DNA from: Epiperipatus broadwayi
Lineage: Eukaryota > Animalia > Onychophora
Direction: 5' to 3'
Assembly (NCBI GenBank): GCA_028023455.1
Contig: JAQFVV010000002.1
Span: 8,990,001-9,054,000 of the forward strand
Length of the DNA: 64,000 bases
The position numbers and the translations under genes were made by a program. Of this stretch, positions 51,410 through 64,000 are shown piece by piece. Each line of letters starts with the position of its first letter. Position 1 is the stretch's first letter. The notes under the pieces are model-generated. The model was not told the DNA's origin and made no database searches. It saw nothing but the letters and a program-made list of their open reading frames with translations.

Positions 51410-52680
51410 TCAATTAATAGATGCTTAATATTTTCTATGCCTTCCTTACATAATGTGTAAATCCCCTTGTTAATGATTGTTTGAACCTTAAATAGTAAAG
51501 TAATTTTCTTGCTATTCTCATAAATTAACTCACACCCAATATTCCATTTACTTCTATATACATTTAAACTCTTTTTTATTCTCCATACTAGTTCTCCATC
51601 TCTCCAACTCCCTATTTTTTATTAATGAATCTATTCTTCTATCCCATTCCTTCCACTATAACATTCAAAAATTCTCCTAACACAATCATCCCATCTTTTG
51701 TATAAGTATATTGACATAAAGTTTTATCCAACAGCATGCCATACTATCTTTATCACCCATCTTGTTACTTCTTTTATTCATAACCCAATTAAATACCATT
51801 TTGGATATTCTCTTACTATTCATAAATTGCAATCTACCAGACATTTTTATTTTACTTTTGCGTCTCTCATATAAAAACTTGACCACCCAATTTCTTCTTG
51901 GATTGTCTTCTTTGCTGTCCATCTGCATCCTTCTCTTTTTACTTTTTCTAAGTAATCTAACACAAAATGCATCATTACTATAAGTTAACCCTGCTACTTC
52001 CACTCTCTTCCATACAATTCTAACTTCATCATATTTACTATATGAAAACTCTGTTAATTTCTTTATTCATCTCTTTCTTTTCTTTGCTGCATTTATACAT
52101 TTTTTCCCCATTCATCCAAGCAATTTTTCTAATTACTTAAGGCAATTCCCAAATATTTATACCTATTCACCACATTTAACTTTATATCCTCAATTAAAAA
52201 AATTTCTCTTCTCTCTCCCAGCATTAGTCTTCATTACTTTTGATTTTTTTCCACTAAATTTAATCTCCATCTCTTTACCCATCCTTCTTGCACACATCTT
52301 CAGCATAACTTCTATATATTTCCCATTTTCTGTGCACAAGAAGATATCAGTAAATAAAAGACCTGATAATGTATATATTCCCTTGACACCTATTAATGGT
52401 ATTTGTAGCCCTCTTCCAAATTTTTCTATTCCTCTCTCCATATCTCTCAAATATAACACCCCATTTTTAACTTTTAACTGAATCTATATTTCCTAGTTGA
52501 TATATATAAAAATTATTTTCATACAATCTCTTAATAAGATCCACTAAAGTTCCATTCATTCTCAAGTTACTGAACTTACCCATAATCTATTTCTAGTTAC
52601 TCTATAACATGTCATTTTTTATCTATAAAGACCACTCTGCCACCTATTATAAGCTTTAGAAACTAATAAATAAAAAATAA
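51410..52680 (-). pseudogene. Decayed LINE RT C-terminal half (clade uncertain)
   Basis: NGTLVDLIKRLYENN, LLFTD, KFSGKKSKVM and YKYLGI motifs, with a purine-rich minus strand. Approximate bounds. Confidence 0.7.
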
Positions 52681-52689
52681 TAGTGCTTA

Positions 52690-53150
52690 GTAAATCTTAA
52701 CCCAGTGCCATCCTAACCAATATTCTCAGTCTAGTTTCAAACTTATGTTTTTTATCAGTTAGGAGCTTTGGATCTTGGAACAGTGCACCACAAATCTTTA
52801 GAATCTAATGCATCTTTTTTCTAGCAGCTATCATTTACCTATCTATTTTACTATTAAGATATTAATCAAAATTAAATAACATTTTAATATTTTTAATCTA
52901 AGTCAATTTGTTTATATTGTCATATAGATCTGAAATGAGTTCACTATCAATGTATTATATTATCCTTCATTTTTTAACAGCTATAGGCTCTCTATGTTAG
53001 CTGCTAAGGAAAAGATGTATTATATCATAAAGGCTCTGATGCACTGTTCCAAAATCCATAGCTTTTCACTGATGAAAGTCATAAGCTTGAAACTAATTTG
53101 GGAACATTGGCAGGACAGCACTGGATTAGGGATTTATTAAGCATTTCACC
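52690..53150. mobile_element. Old head-to-head relic of the hammerhead family
   Basis: Minus 52723-52764: TCCTAA CTGATAA AAAACATAAGTTT GAAA CTAG AC TGAGAA. Plus 53063-53104: TTTTCA CTGATGA AAGTCATAAGCTT GAAA CTAA TT TGGGAA. The flanks are homologous to the young unit. Confidence 0.65.
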
Positions 53151-55346
53151 TGACATCTATTAGTCACTAAAACTGACAGTTAATATAAAAGAAATGAAAT
53201 AGTAATGTGTTAGCTAGAATCATGTGAGATTTAAAAAATTTATGATATAAAAAGTAATTATATTTTTTTTGTTATTTGTTTTTCATATAAATGAGATTGG
53301 TACACAGGAAACAGTGCCTCTTGCAGCCACATGGGGCATAAGTTGAAAATATTGTATTTTTAATATAAAATTATATTCTATTATGATGTCAAACAAAGTA
53401 TTATGTCTTTCCCAGCTTGCTTTTCAATATTTGCATTATAAACACTATTTATTGTATTCAATAATCCATAAACAACAGACAGTAGTGACTAATTATAATT
53501 CTTAGATTAGTTTCTCTCTAATATTTTTTATCAATGGAACAATGAAATGCAGCCATCAGATATCTTTATTATTTATCAACTACATAAGCTAATAGCTTGA
53601 CATTCATGCACTATAAAATATACTGTCATTGGAATGATATGGATAGATTCAAATCCAATGCTTTTTATCAATGAAGATTAATAATAAGCATAAATATAGC
53701 TGAGAATTTGAATGTGATTTTACTATTATGTATATATTGTTTCTTCAAATAATTATTTACTGCTCTTATTGCATCTAATTCATATTTATTTTTATTAGTT
53801 TTTTCTGCGTAACATTTTTTTTCTTTTACAAAATGGAAGATTTTCTTATAAATTATATTTTAAAAATTCATAACATATATGCACTCAATCTAGTATACAT
53901 GTATATATTAAGTTTTCTGCTTGAAGAAAGACTGAATAACTAATTTTAAATATTAATATTTGAAACTATTAATTAGTAAATATTTATATTATAATAGTAC
54001 ATATAATGCTACATATGAAAGGATGAAATTAATATAATACAATGGTATGTTTTAACTACATATGAAAAAATACACTTGCCTTAAACATAATAAAAATGTA
54101 ATAGAAAACATGATTGTCCCAGTTGGTAGTGACAATTGTAATAGTACATATATAATCTAAATGAAGAAAGATGAATTCACCCCAATCTTTGGGAGGCAGT
54201 TGTAATAGTATGCTATATATATATATACATTCACGATACACATAAAGAAAGGTCTTAATGATTGAAATGGCCCAATCATTGGGAAAGCCAATTCTAATAG
54301 TATGTATAATGGCATCATAAGAAGAAATGACATAGCTTCCATCATTAAAATTAATATAAATATGATATGTATAATAAATGTAATAGTATGTATAATAGCA
54401 TACTATACACATGTAAAGAGAAAAGAAATTGCCTCAAAATAAATATAATAAAATATACTAATTCCAACCATTAAGTATGAGTTACAATAAATCAGATTAT
54501 AATGTCTAACTTGATTTGAACAAATTAATAATTTATAAATTTACAGATAATAAATGACCTATACTATAAAAAAATATAATACTCATGACTGAATGTACTC
54601 TAATCATTACTTATACTGTTATTGTGGCTAGCTATACAAAATAAACCTAAATAGTACAGAGCATTGACTAAAGGATATTACTGATTAATTCTCAGGATTA
54701 ATTTAACTAACAATTTGATTAGTTACTAAATATAAATTGGAATAAAGGGAATTTTATTGAATCCAAAATATATATTTACAAGTAAAATTACATGTAATTT
54801 AATATTTCCTTTACTGATGGCTTGTGAAAATAATCTACTAACATAAAATTATCATTTAATCGAATGGATAAACTTATCAAAATTAATAAATGATGTACTA
54901 AAAAGGAAAAAAAAATTAATAAATTTCAAATAAAAACTCAAAATCATTCTTTTATATTAAACAAATGATATAAGCTTTATTCCAAGATTGTGATTTTATA
55001 TTTTATAATAGCCCAAATATATATATATGGAAAACATAAAACTGTTTTGTTTTTCAAATGTTCTGTTTTTTTTAATATAAATCAAATACAATATTTACTG
55101 ACAATACAGATAGCTTGCAGTTTATATTTTACATAGGAATTGTATAAAGCTGTTATGAAATTAAATCAATAGAAAAATAAATAAATAAATTGTAGATATC
55201 TTGTTAAATTAATAATTTAGTTTATAGATGTATTTCTTTAAAATTGGATCAACAAACAAAATGATACAGAAGATGATATCAAGAGCTTCTTCCCACTATG
55301 CTATAAGGATTTATTCACTTTATTTTAAACCATGTCTTTTATGGGG

Positions 55347-55455
55347 AACATCAACTACTTGGGCTCCTTATTTATTAACAACATCAACTACCTGGGCTAC
55401 TCATTAAATTAAGGCATCAACTACTTGAGTTTTCGTATTAATATAAGGCTTATCC
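55347..55455 (+). repeat. 33-bp-period degenerate tandem repeat
   Basis: catcaactac(t/c)tg(g/a)g at 55349, 55382 and 55415, with divergent AT-rich remainders. Confidence 0.75.
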
Positions 55456-57175
55456 TAGCCTGGAAAGTTCAACATTTATTCCACAACTTTGTTAACGTAG
55501 GGTTTATTAAACTTAGCACAATATATAAAAAATATCTCATCTGAGCCCTTATGTATAAGCAAAACATATATATATCAAGACAACTTTCAAATACAAATGT
55601 GGGAATATTAATGTATATCGCTTCCATATTTAATACTATAAAGTGATCCAATTCTTTCAAAATACATATAATAATAATACAATTAAAATAATTGAAGAAT
55701 TAACATAATTATTAAATAATGGTATAATTTATAAATATGGTTCTATAAAATTTATATATTTATACAACTCCTATGCAATTAAATATAATTTATTGTTTTC
55801 CAATCTAAATTGATACATGCCATTTATTATTTAATACATATGTATGTAAAACATGAATCAAATATTATATATATTATTACAATCGTTATTTTACCTTGGC
55901 ATTTAACAATATATTCGCACAATTTAAGATATAAAATTTCTTAAAAAATAATAATAATAAATAAACAGATATATATTAGAAATTGACTTTCCCTATTCTT
56001 AATAAGTTTAAACATTTAAAAAGAAACTTATAAGTTAGTTATAAATATCACAATCATATATATTTTTATAAAGATATTTTAAAATGTTATAAAAAAATAA
56101 CAATAGATGTATAAAACCAAAACAAAAATGATAAATTTTAATTACCATTTAATTTCTTTTACTGTCTCTTTACTTTTTAATCAACCAATTATTTCAGGGG
56201 TTTTTATTTTATTTTATCTATTCCAGTGTAGATCGAAATAATTTTAAAATATGTATACATATTATTAATGAATTTATATATTTTCTGTTGTTGAAGTGAT
56301 TGATTTCGGTCATCTTTATATCCAATTATAGAAATTATTAAATTTGACTATTACTTAGGATCATCATAAGAAAGGAAGCTATTTTTCTGAAGTTTGTTTG
56401 CAAATGCAGGTTTGATTTCAGGCTGCATATTTTACTAGATTCCAATGGTATAATAAGCTTGGCAAAAGAGAGGCAGGAATTTGCTTCGAATAATAAATAT
56501 TATACTTAGTTTAGTGTTAAATCTTGATCCAGGAATTATTATAGAAAGATCTACAAGAAGAATTTGAGAATCGACAAAATAAAGTTATGACTTCTTCCTT
56601 CCTCTGTTTTATTAATTAATAATCATAATAGCAATTATGTTCTGGGTTTCCATAGTAATCTTTTGTCCTATTGTTATAAATTCACATTAGGATTGAAAAA
56701 TCTTTAACATAGTTGATTGTTGATTTTAAAATATTTTTTTAAATAACAAAAACAAAAATAATTGTCAATAAAAAAAAATATATTACATTGAAAAATTTAT
56801 TTTTATGATCTACAAAATAAATAAAAAAATAAACACTCAGAATGATAATATCCTTACATCTATAATTTTCAAAAAAAAAAAAAAAAGTACAATCTAATTA
56901 TGATTAGCAATTTAAATGCTACTGTTAATAATTATTTTTCTATATATACACACTCGCGAATTTATATATATCCATTGCTATTAAAGACTCACCATTGTAA
57001 AACAAAGCACATATCACAATAAATAAATAAACATGAACTAAATAACAATAAAACAATTAACAACAATAATAATACAACATATTTACAAATTTTTAAGTAA
57101 AAACTAAATCAAAGAGATTTTTTAAACTATACTGGCACTTCAAAATGAAATGGTGGATTTTCCATCTCTTACAAT

Positions 57176-57242
57176 ATATATGAGCTTGTTATCATTTTTA
57201 TATATGAGCTTGTTATCATTTATATATATGAACTTATTATCA
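57176..57242 (+). repeat. 24-bp minisatellite, 3 copies
   Basis: atatatgagcttgttatcatt repeated. Confidence 0.85.
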
Positions 57243-58776
57243 AGATATGTATATATTAGTTATAAATATAATTGATTACTGTGGATTTTAATTTCATAAA
57301 ACATTTTAAATATTTTGTTTTTTAATGAAACTAATGTAAATAATTCAAAATCTTTGTCAATACTGTTTTATGTTCTTGAAATATTTTTATAAGATTTTAT
57401 TAAACATTTTTTAGAAGTTTGTCAAAAGTGTTTTTATACAAAAATTATATAAATTATTTTGAAATAATGTGGGAGGTGAACATGTTTAATTAAATAATAC
57501 ATAACTACTGCAACAATATTGTTTAATAAAATAATAAATTTAATTTAAACTTAATGCATTTAAAATATTTCATTAAAAAAAAACATTTTATTTTTATAAC
57601 ATATATATGTTTACCATCTTGGTTAGGCCTTGAATTTATTTAATAAAGGAAAAAAATAATTTTCTAAGTTACTGCTTTATAGATTATTGATTGTTTTAAA
57701 ATTTTCAGTTGATATTATGGCTAATCTTGTTTTGTTAGGGAACATGCTGAATACAAAGTAACAATTTGTGGCTTGTTTTTATTTTTACTTTTGTAGAAAA
57801 ATAATTTGCAATTTTTTTTATCTTTTAAAATAATATGATATTGTAATTTACTCATTAAAATTAAAATCTCACCCTAAAGTTATTTATAAATTTAAAAAAA
57901 AAACATATATATTTTGCTTTTAATAAGAACAATAAGTTTTAATGTGTTGTAATGAAAGCAGGTTTTTTTTTACTCCTACTATATAGCTACTTGAACATAA
58001 TATAACTGTTTATTATGGTAATTTGACATCTAAAATTCTACATAATTTTAATATTTCATTGAAACAAAACACTTTTACTCATGGGATAACTAACTTAATA
58101 TATGTGAGGATGCAATATATTTCTTTATTGTGGTATTTCTATATTTCTTTAAAAACATTTTATAATATTTAATCATATTCCTCATCCAGCATATTTATGG
58201 ACATCAATTTCTGACTCCGAGAGCCAATTTTATTTACATAAGAATTATGCTGGAAGAGATTGAAGAACAATAGGGGATACTTAGAAAGCCCAGATACTGG
58301 CTAGCTCTCTCAGGATGGGTGGTATGTAAACCATGAGAAACATACAAGGAACAGCAACAATCAGGTATTCAATTAATTTAACTAAATAATTACTACTCAT
58401 ATGTATATTTTTTTCCTTAGCTACCTATATGAAATTTAAGATAAAAAAACAACACAAATATTTCATTGAAATTTAATATTTAATATAACAAATGAATAAA
58501 TAAAAATATTATTTGTGCTCAAATATTTTTATAAAACACAAGCATACACATACGTTGTACAGACAAACAAATCAAATAACAAAGAGAGAAAATAATGTCC
58601 AGATGTGAAATATAATTATAACGACAAAAAGAATTTATCATAATATCATTATATAAAAGTCTTTAAACATCAATAGAAAAGATGCACTAATGTGTAAATA
58701 AAAATATAAAGAGAATAAACTACTACTACTACATCTACAATACAAGGAATAAATCTTTTATGTTGCTTTTGCAAAT

Positions 58777-59888
58777 TAAAAATAAATGCTAGATATAATA
58801 TAGAATAAAATATCTTTATATAACAACAAAAATAATATATGACAATTGCTGTAATATAATCATATAATCATAATATATAAAAGCTCTTTTCGGCAATTTT
58901 TAAATTTTTGCCCTTTTCATTACATTTTGGTTAACTACAAAAATAACATATTGCATACATAGTGACATCTGCTGGCTCTATATAAAAATAACACAAGCCT
59001 ATAATTTATGCTTTAATATCTTTATAATAACACATATTATATAACCCTCCACTCATTTTTCATTATCCAATTATTAGTTAAATTAATTGACGTTTTATAA
59101 ATGTTCATACAATTATTTCTGTTATAAGTAATGCAATTAGTTTCTTATATCTTCCTTCTATTAATTTCTTTAATATAATTTAATGCACTTATATTTTTAA
59201 CGCAATCTATTGTATATCCATATTTTAAGTAGTGAACATATAATGCAGATCTGTCATCTCTCCTATTAATAACATTATTATGTTCTTCAGCCCTTCTAAT
59301 TGTTTCACCATATGTTTTGTATGTTTTGCAGTATGGTTTATTATGGACATACGGCGAAACAATTAGAAGAAAAGGCTAAAGAACAAAATAATGCTATTAA
59401 TAGGAGAGATGACAGATCTGCATTATATGTTCACTACTTAAAATATGGACATAGAATAGATTGTGTTAAGAATATAAGTCCATTAAATTATATTAAAGAA
59501 ATTAATAGAAGGAAGACATACGAAACTACATTAATTATAACAGAAATAATTGTATGAACATTTATATAATATCAATTAATTTAACTAATAATTGGATAAT
59601 GAAAAATTAATGGAGGGTTATATAATATGTGTTATTATAAAGATATTAAAGCATAAATTATAAGCTTGTGTTAATTTTATATAGAGCTGGTAGATGTCAC
59701 TATGTATGCAATATAGGTTATTTTTGTAGTTAATCATGACATATTGAAAAGGGCAAAAAATTTAAAAATTGCCAAAAAGATCTTTTATATGTTATGATTA
59801 TTTGATTATATTACAGCTATTGTCATATATTATTTTTGTTGTTATATAAAGATATTTTATTCTATATCATATCTAGGATTTATTTTTA
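58777..59888. mobile_element. PLE-A family palindrome (~540-bp arms) containing the GIY-YIG C-terminal half
   Basis: Arms 58777-59314 / 59348-59888. The plus frame CMFCSMVYYGHTAKQLEEKAKEQ...DDRSALY is homologous to the ORF at 7927-8283. Confidence 0.85.
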
Positions 59889-60926
59889 TATAGAATAAAG
59901 TGTATATATTACCTGGAATTCCCTGGGGGAAATAATGAATTCAGACTGGTAATGAAAATGATTTCATTCAACACTATTGCCATTAAAGTTGCTTATCATG
60001 GATATGTTGTTCTGCTTGGTTCTTTGAATCTTTATTAATTTGGATGTTATCTCTAATACGGGTGTTCAGGAGCAGTTTCCTTCAGGTTCAAGCAGTGGTT
60101 TAATAATGTAGCAGCGTATGTATTTTCATGGGACCTGGGTCAAAAACCCAGCACATTTTAAGCTTTTACCCCAGCCTATTTATAGCTGGCAAATATATAT
60201 GCTGATTCCAATAAGTTTCAAAAATCTTCAATGTAGGAAATTAATAACATGAACAGATGGACATATATAATAGATCTTTTACCATTAAATTTCAGTAAAA
60301 ATATAACACAAACGAACTCTTGACTCCCCCCCCCTTTTTATAGTCTTTTTTTTTTATATTCTAGAAAGTTCCAATTTCAAGAATTTCAGTTTTTTTTTTA
60401 GTATTTAAGCATATGGTCTCTGAGTCCAGCTTCTCTTTAAAACAAAAGCAAAGCTTTTAGCACTTTTTCATTCTCTGTCTTACCAAAACTTTTTACCCGT
60501 AAGTTATTTGTTTGAAAATAACTTAAAATAATGCCTTCGTTAGAAAGGTATTCCACAGATAACAATCTGTGTAGTTTTTTCTCTCTCTCTTTTTATTTTC
60601 ATTAAAAATATATTTTTCATTTTATTCTAATCTTGATTTATAATATAAGTAAAATGACAATAATATGTATTAAATAGTAGAATAAATGTTAAAGTTTATA
60701 ATTATAATAAATAATATTTTTTTAAAAATAAAGTGATATAAAATAAATTGATATAAAATAAATTTTGATAGAATTATTTTATGAATAAAGTAATAAAATG
60801 GGAAATGATTATTTATAATACTCAGTTTAAAATGCATATTGATTTTTGTCTATATGGTGTATTTAATTATGTATATGAATTATGTGTATAAGTGTATTAA
60901 TTGTATAATTATATATTTGAATATTG

Positions 60927-60980
60927 TAGCTCTGATGATGACTGCAGGACAGTCAAAACTATTAGTTTGATATAAATAAA
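60927..60980 (+). ncRNA. Degenerate hammerhead of a different family, followed by AATAAA
   Basis: AGCT CTGATGA T GACTG CAGGA CAGTC aAAA CTA TT AGTT. The G of GAAA appears lost by CG>CA. Confidence 0.5.
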
Positions 60981-62697
60981 GAGTATTGATAAACTGTTTA
61001 AGAAAGGTGTAAATGGTAAGATATGCTAAAGTAGAAATCAATACATAGGAAAAGGAAGAAGTAGAAAATTATATCATTTATTACAGGTGGTAACCCAGTA
61101 GAGGTATTGTGATTCTATGGGTATGTCCTAGTCAATGACTTAGTCTGTTTTTTATATTATTAAATAAATATATAGAAGTTATAAGGCCACACTTGTGGCA
61201 TAGTTCCAGTATAAGTCTGACGATTGAATATAGCTCCTAACATTTAATGTATTCATGATCAAGTATTATTTTGCTATATCTCAGCTTTAATGGCTCCATG
61301 GACTTATTATTGTGTGATTATACATGTAATTAACCAATATGGATATAAGAAGACAGTACCACAAAATAAGATATAGAAAAGATGGAATGAGAAATAAAAT
61401 GTTTGTTTTTTGTCTCATTTTTAAATGGGGGGAGGAGTAATATCGTTATTCAAATAAAGCCTGAAATGATATTCAGCACCATACATTGTTGATATAGTAA
61501 GTATGTGTTGAGTTATGAAAATTATTTTAAATTTAATAAACTTATTATTTTAATGTGCATAAAAGTGTGTGCATGGGTGAGATATGTAAAAGCATCTTAC
61601 TTGGAATGAATAAACAAATAAATTCAAATAAAACTTGTAACATGTTTGCTTGCTTTTAATTAATTTGATAAAAAAAAAAAAAAAGTAAAAACAAGCAGTA
61701 AAAGAAAACTATTTTAGAAATCAGTGCGCATGTACTAAAGCTTAGCTTTATATAAGTATTACGTGCTGACATTGCACTTAATAAGAATTAATATTTATAA
61801 CTTTAAAATGATATATGTTAAACATAAATGAGTATCTGTGTTAATACACATAATCTTATAAACAAACTTTTTAATAGCTTTCTTGTTAAAAATTTTATAA
61901 AACCAAAAGTTAGTTTTATTTTCGTGAAGCAACTTTTGAAATGGATACTATCCTGTTCAATGTATATATATAGTGTATGTGAGTGATAATGAATATTTTT
62001 ACTTGTTTTAAATAAAACATTAAAAAAGTTGGTTATTATTATAAAAAATGATAAAATTGAAGAAAATCCTTAAGAGAAAGTCTTACTATATGGCAAAAAA
62101 ACCTTTAATAAATTGTGATGTTTATTTGTATATCTAATTGAATACAAAAACTGCATTTGATAAACAGTGTTCAATTAAACCACACAATAAAATCCAGTAG
62201 TTAAATATTTTTCAAAAGTCAGTAATTACAATTATGGGATATAGATAAAAAATCAAGCAGTATGAAATCTCACCAAAATATCATTTTTGCATGATTTTAT
62301 ATCTTTGGTATGTTTGAGAAAATAATTTTTGTGTTTAACATAAAATGATAATGGAATCACTGATTTGTATGTTTTTGGTAATCTATATAATTTTGATAAA
62401 ATAAATATTTTTTTTTTTAGGGTAAGATGAATTCTAGATTTTTTTATCTTGATCATTGGCAAAAAATTAATTATGTTTTGTTTATTTATTTTTTGAAATA
62501 TGAATAAGAATTCCTGTAAAACTTTGGCTAAATAAAGATTTTCAGGGAACAATCTAATTGGCTATTTACATTTCCATCTTTGTCTTTTATTAATTCTTTA
62601 AACACTGCTTTGATATCATGAAAGTATACTAGGATGACTAGTTAATCATTTGAAGATTTCTTTAGAAAAATGGGCAATTTATTGTAATAATAATACC

Positions 62698-63096
62698 TAA
62701 AACAGGCAAAAACTCACTATATGTATTGCCACACACAGCAAGCTAGAGTAATCAATGGATGCCAGAAAGCTTGTGCATAAAATCCCCATCTAGTGCCTAC
62801 TCATCCAATATCCCCAGACTAGTTTCTGGCTTGTGGTCTTTGTCAGTGAGGAGCCTTGGATCTAGGTGCAGTGCTCTCAGATCCAAGGCTCCTCACTGAC
62901 AAAGACCACAAGCCAGAAACTAGTCTGGGGAAATTGGATGAGTAGGCACTAGATGAGGATTTTATGCACAAGCCTTCTGGCATCCATTGATTGCTCTAAC
63001 TTGTTGTGTGTGGCAATACGTATAGTGAGTTTTGCCTGTTTTAACAACAGTTATAAGCAAGCATAAGAAATGGTGATCATGTGATGCTTATTGGCT
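62698..63096. mobile_element. Near-perfect palindromic hammerhead retroelement, 13-bp TSD (1 mismatch)
   Basis: Arms 62698-62863 / 62878-63043 plus a 53-nt tail. TSD taataata(a/g)tacc at 62685-62697 and 63097-63109. Confidence 0.9.
62811..62931. ncRNA. Pair of opposed hammerhead motifs, both with variant core CTGACAA
   Basis: Minus 62811-62852 and plus 62890-62931: TCCTCA CTGACAA AGACCACAAGCCA GAAA CTAG TC TGGGGA. Confidence 0.75.
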
Positions 63097-64000
63097 TAAT
63101 AATAGTACCCACAACTTAATTTATAAATTCAATGGGAAATCTAAAACTTGTTAGTATTAGTTTTCATTAAAGTGTTCCTTTTTTTAAGAAAACTATTAGT
63201 AGTATTTATTTTTTTCTATTTTTAAAAAAGATCAATTGTAAGTTTTCAATGATTCTTTGGATTTTACTTACAAAATTGATACCTTTAGAATTTCAAAGAC
63301 TTCTCTGTAATTGACAAATTTGGAATTATTCTATATTTAAAATTTTGTGTAAATTTTTTTATCATTGATATTTAAAAAAGTGAGGGAAGAAAAAGATTGA
63401 GTGAATAGCATTTATATGGACAGATTTGATTTTTTGTATAATTTTGTCTTTAAAATTTTTTTAAAGTTTTTCTTTTATTGGCTTTTTAAAATGTTAGGAG
63501 GGAGGGTGCAACGATAAATTGCCTTGATATTTATCTATTTTAACAAGTTCTTTGGAAATTTTGAAAATTTTTATTGACATTTTAAAAAGAGGGGGGACGG
63601 GTGAACTGCATCTATTATTTAATTCAAACAACTTATTTTGATTTCTAATTGAGTTTAATTTTTAAAATTTTGTTTTCTTTCTTGTTGGCTTTTTAAAAGT
63701 GAAGGGAGCAACATTTAATACAAATCTAATCAAACACCTCAAATAAAAATAAACTGGCTGACTGTAAACAATAAAAAAAGCTTAATATTAAAAACCTTTT
63801 TTTTTTTTTTATTGATTTGGTTTTTTTTATAATAAAAATAAAACAATCATTTAAATGAAAAACAAGTCTATTGTTTCCAGAAATATTTTCAATCAACAAT
63901 AGCGTTTATTTTGAAACTAATTTGTAAGAAATTGAAAACATTTTTTCTTTAATGCAATAGAAAATGTTGCCTTTTTTTTTTTTATCTTTGACTTTGTTTT

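Noticed and set aside
54247-54310. TIR-domain-like peptide KVLMIEMAQSLGKPILIV
   Set aside because: Short, bounded by stops, and explained by a local degenerate repeat.
55347-55455. CRISPR array
   Set aside because: Only 3 short units, the repeat is not palindromic, there are no cas genes and the context is eukaryotic.
60095-60155. tRNA B-box-like gacctgggtcaaaaacccag
   Set aside because: No convincing A-box or cloverleaf, no second copy and no TSD.
5703-62552. Most 60-120 aa ORFs in the track as genes
   Set aside because: They are I/F/L/Y/N/K-rich products of AT-rich DNA or antisense frames of retroelement remnants, with no recognisable domains.

Overview
Very AT-rich eukaryotic non-genic DNA (intergenic or intronic; I cannot assign the organism). 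I can support no intact host gene, rRNA, functional tRNA or CRISPR array. The window is a graveyard of non-LTR retroelements: RTE-clade LINE remnants, an L1/Tx1-like RT element, an ORF1-like remnant, GIY-YIG Penelope-like elements (PLEs) and a tRNA-Gly-derived SINE. It also holds fold-back elements and a ~2.6 kb diverged duplication. The standout is a non-coding ~451-nt repeat unit carrying a minimal type-I hammerhead ribozyme (TCCTCA CTGATGA AGGCCACAAGCCA GAAA CTAG TC^TGGGGA). It is present as 5 young insertions plus older relics. Each young insertion is an inverted (head-to-head) structure, usually bracketed by one target-site duplication (TSD), with conserved termini, and one copy shows more than one unit in tandem. 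This fits a non-autonomous, retrozyme-like or PLE-pLTR-derived ribozyme retroelement. All alignments and translations were done by eye, so boundaries marked approximate may be off by some bases.
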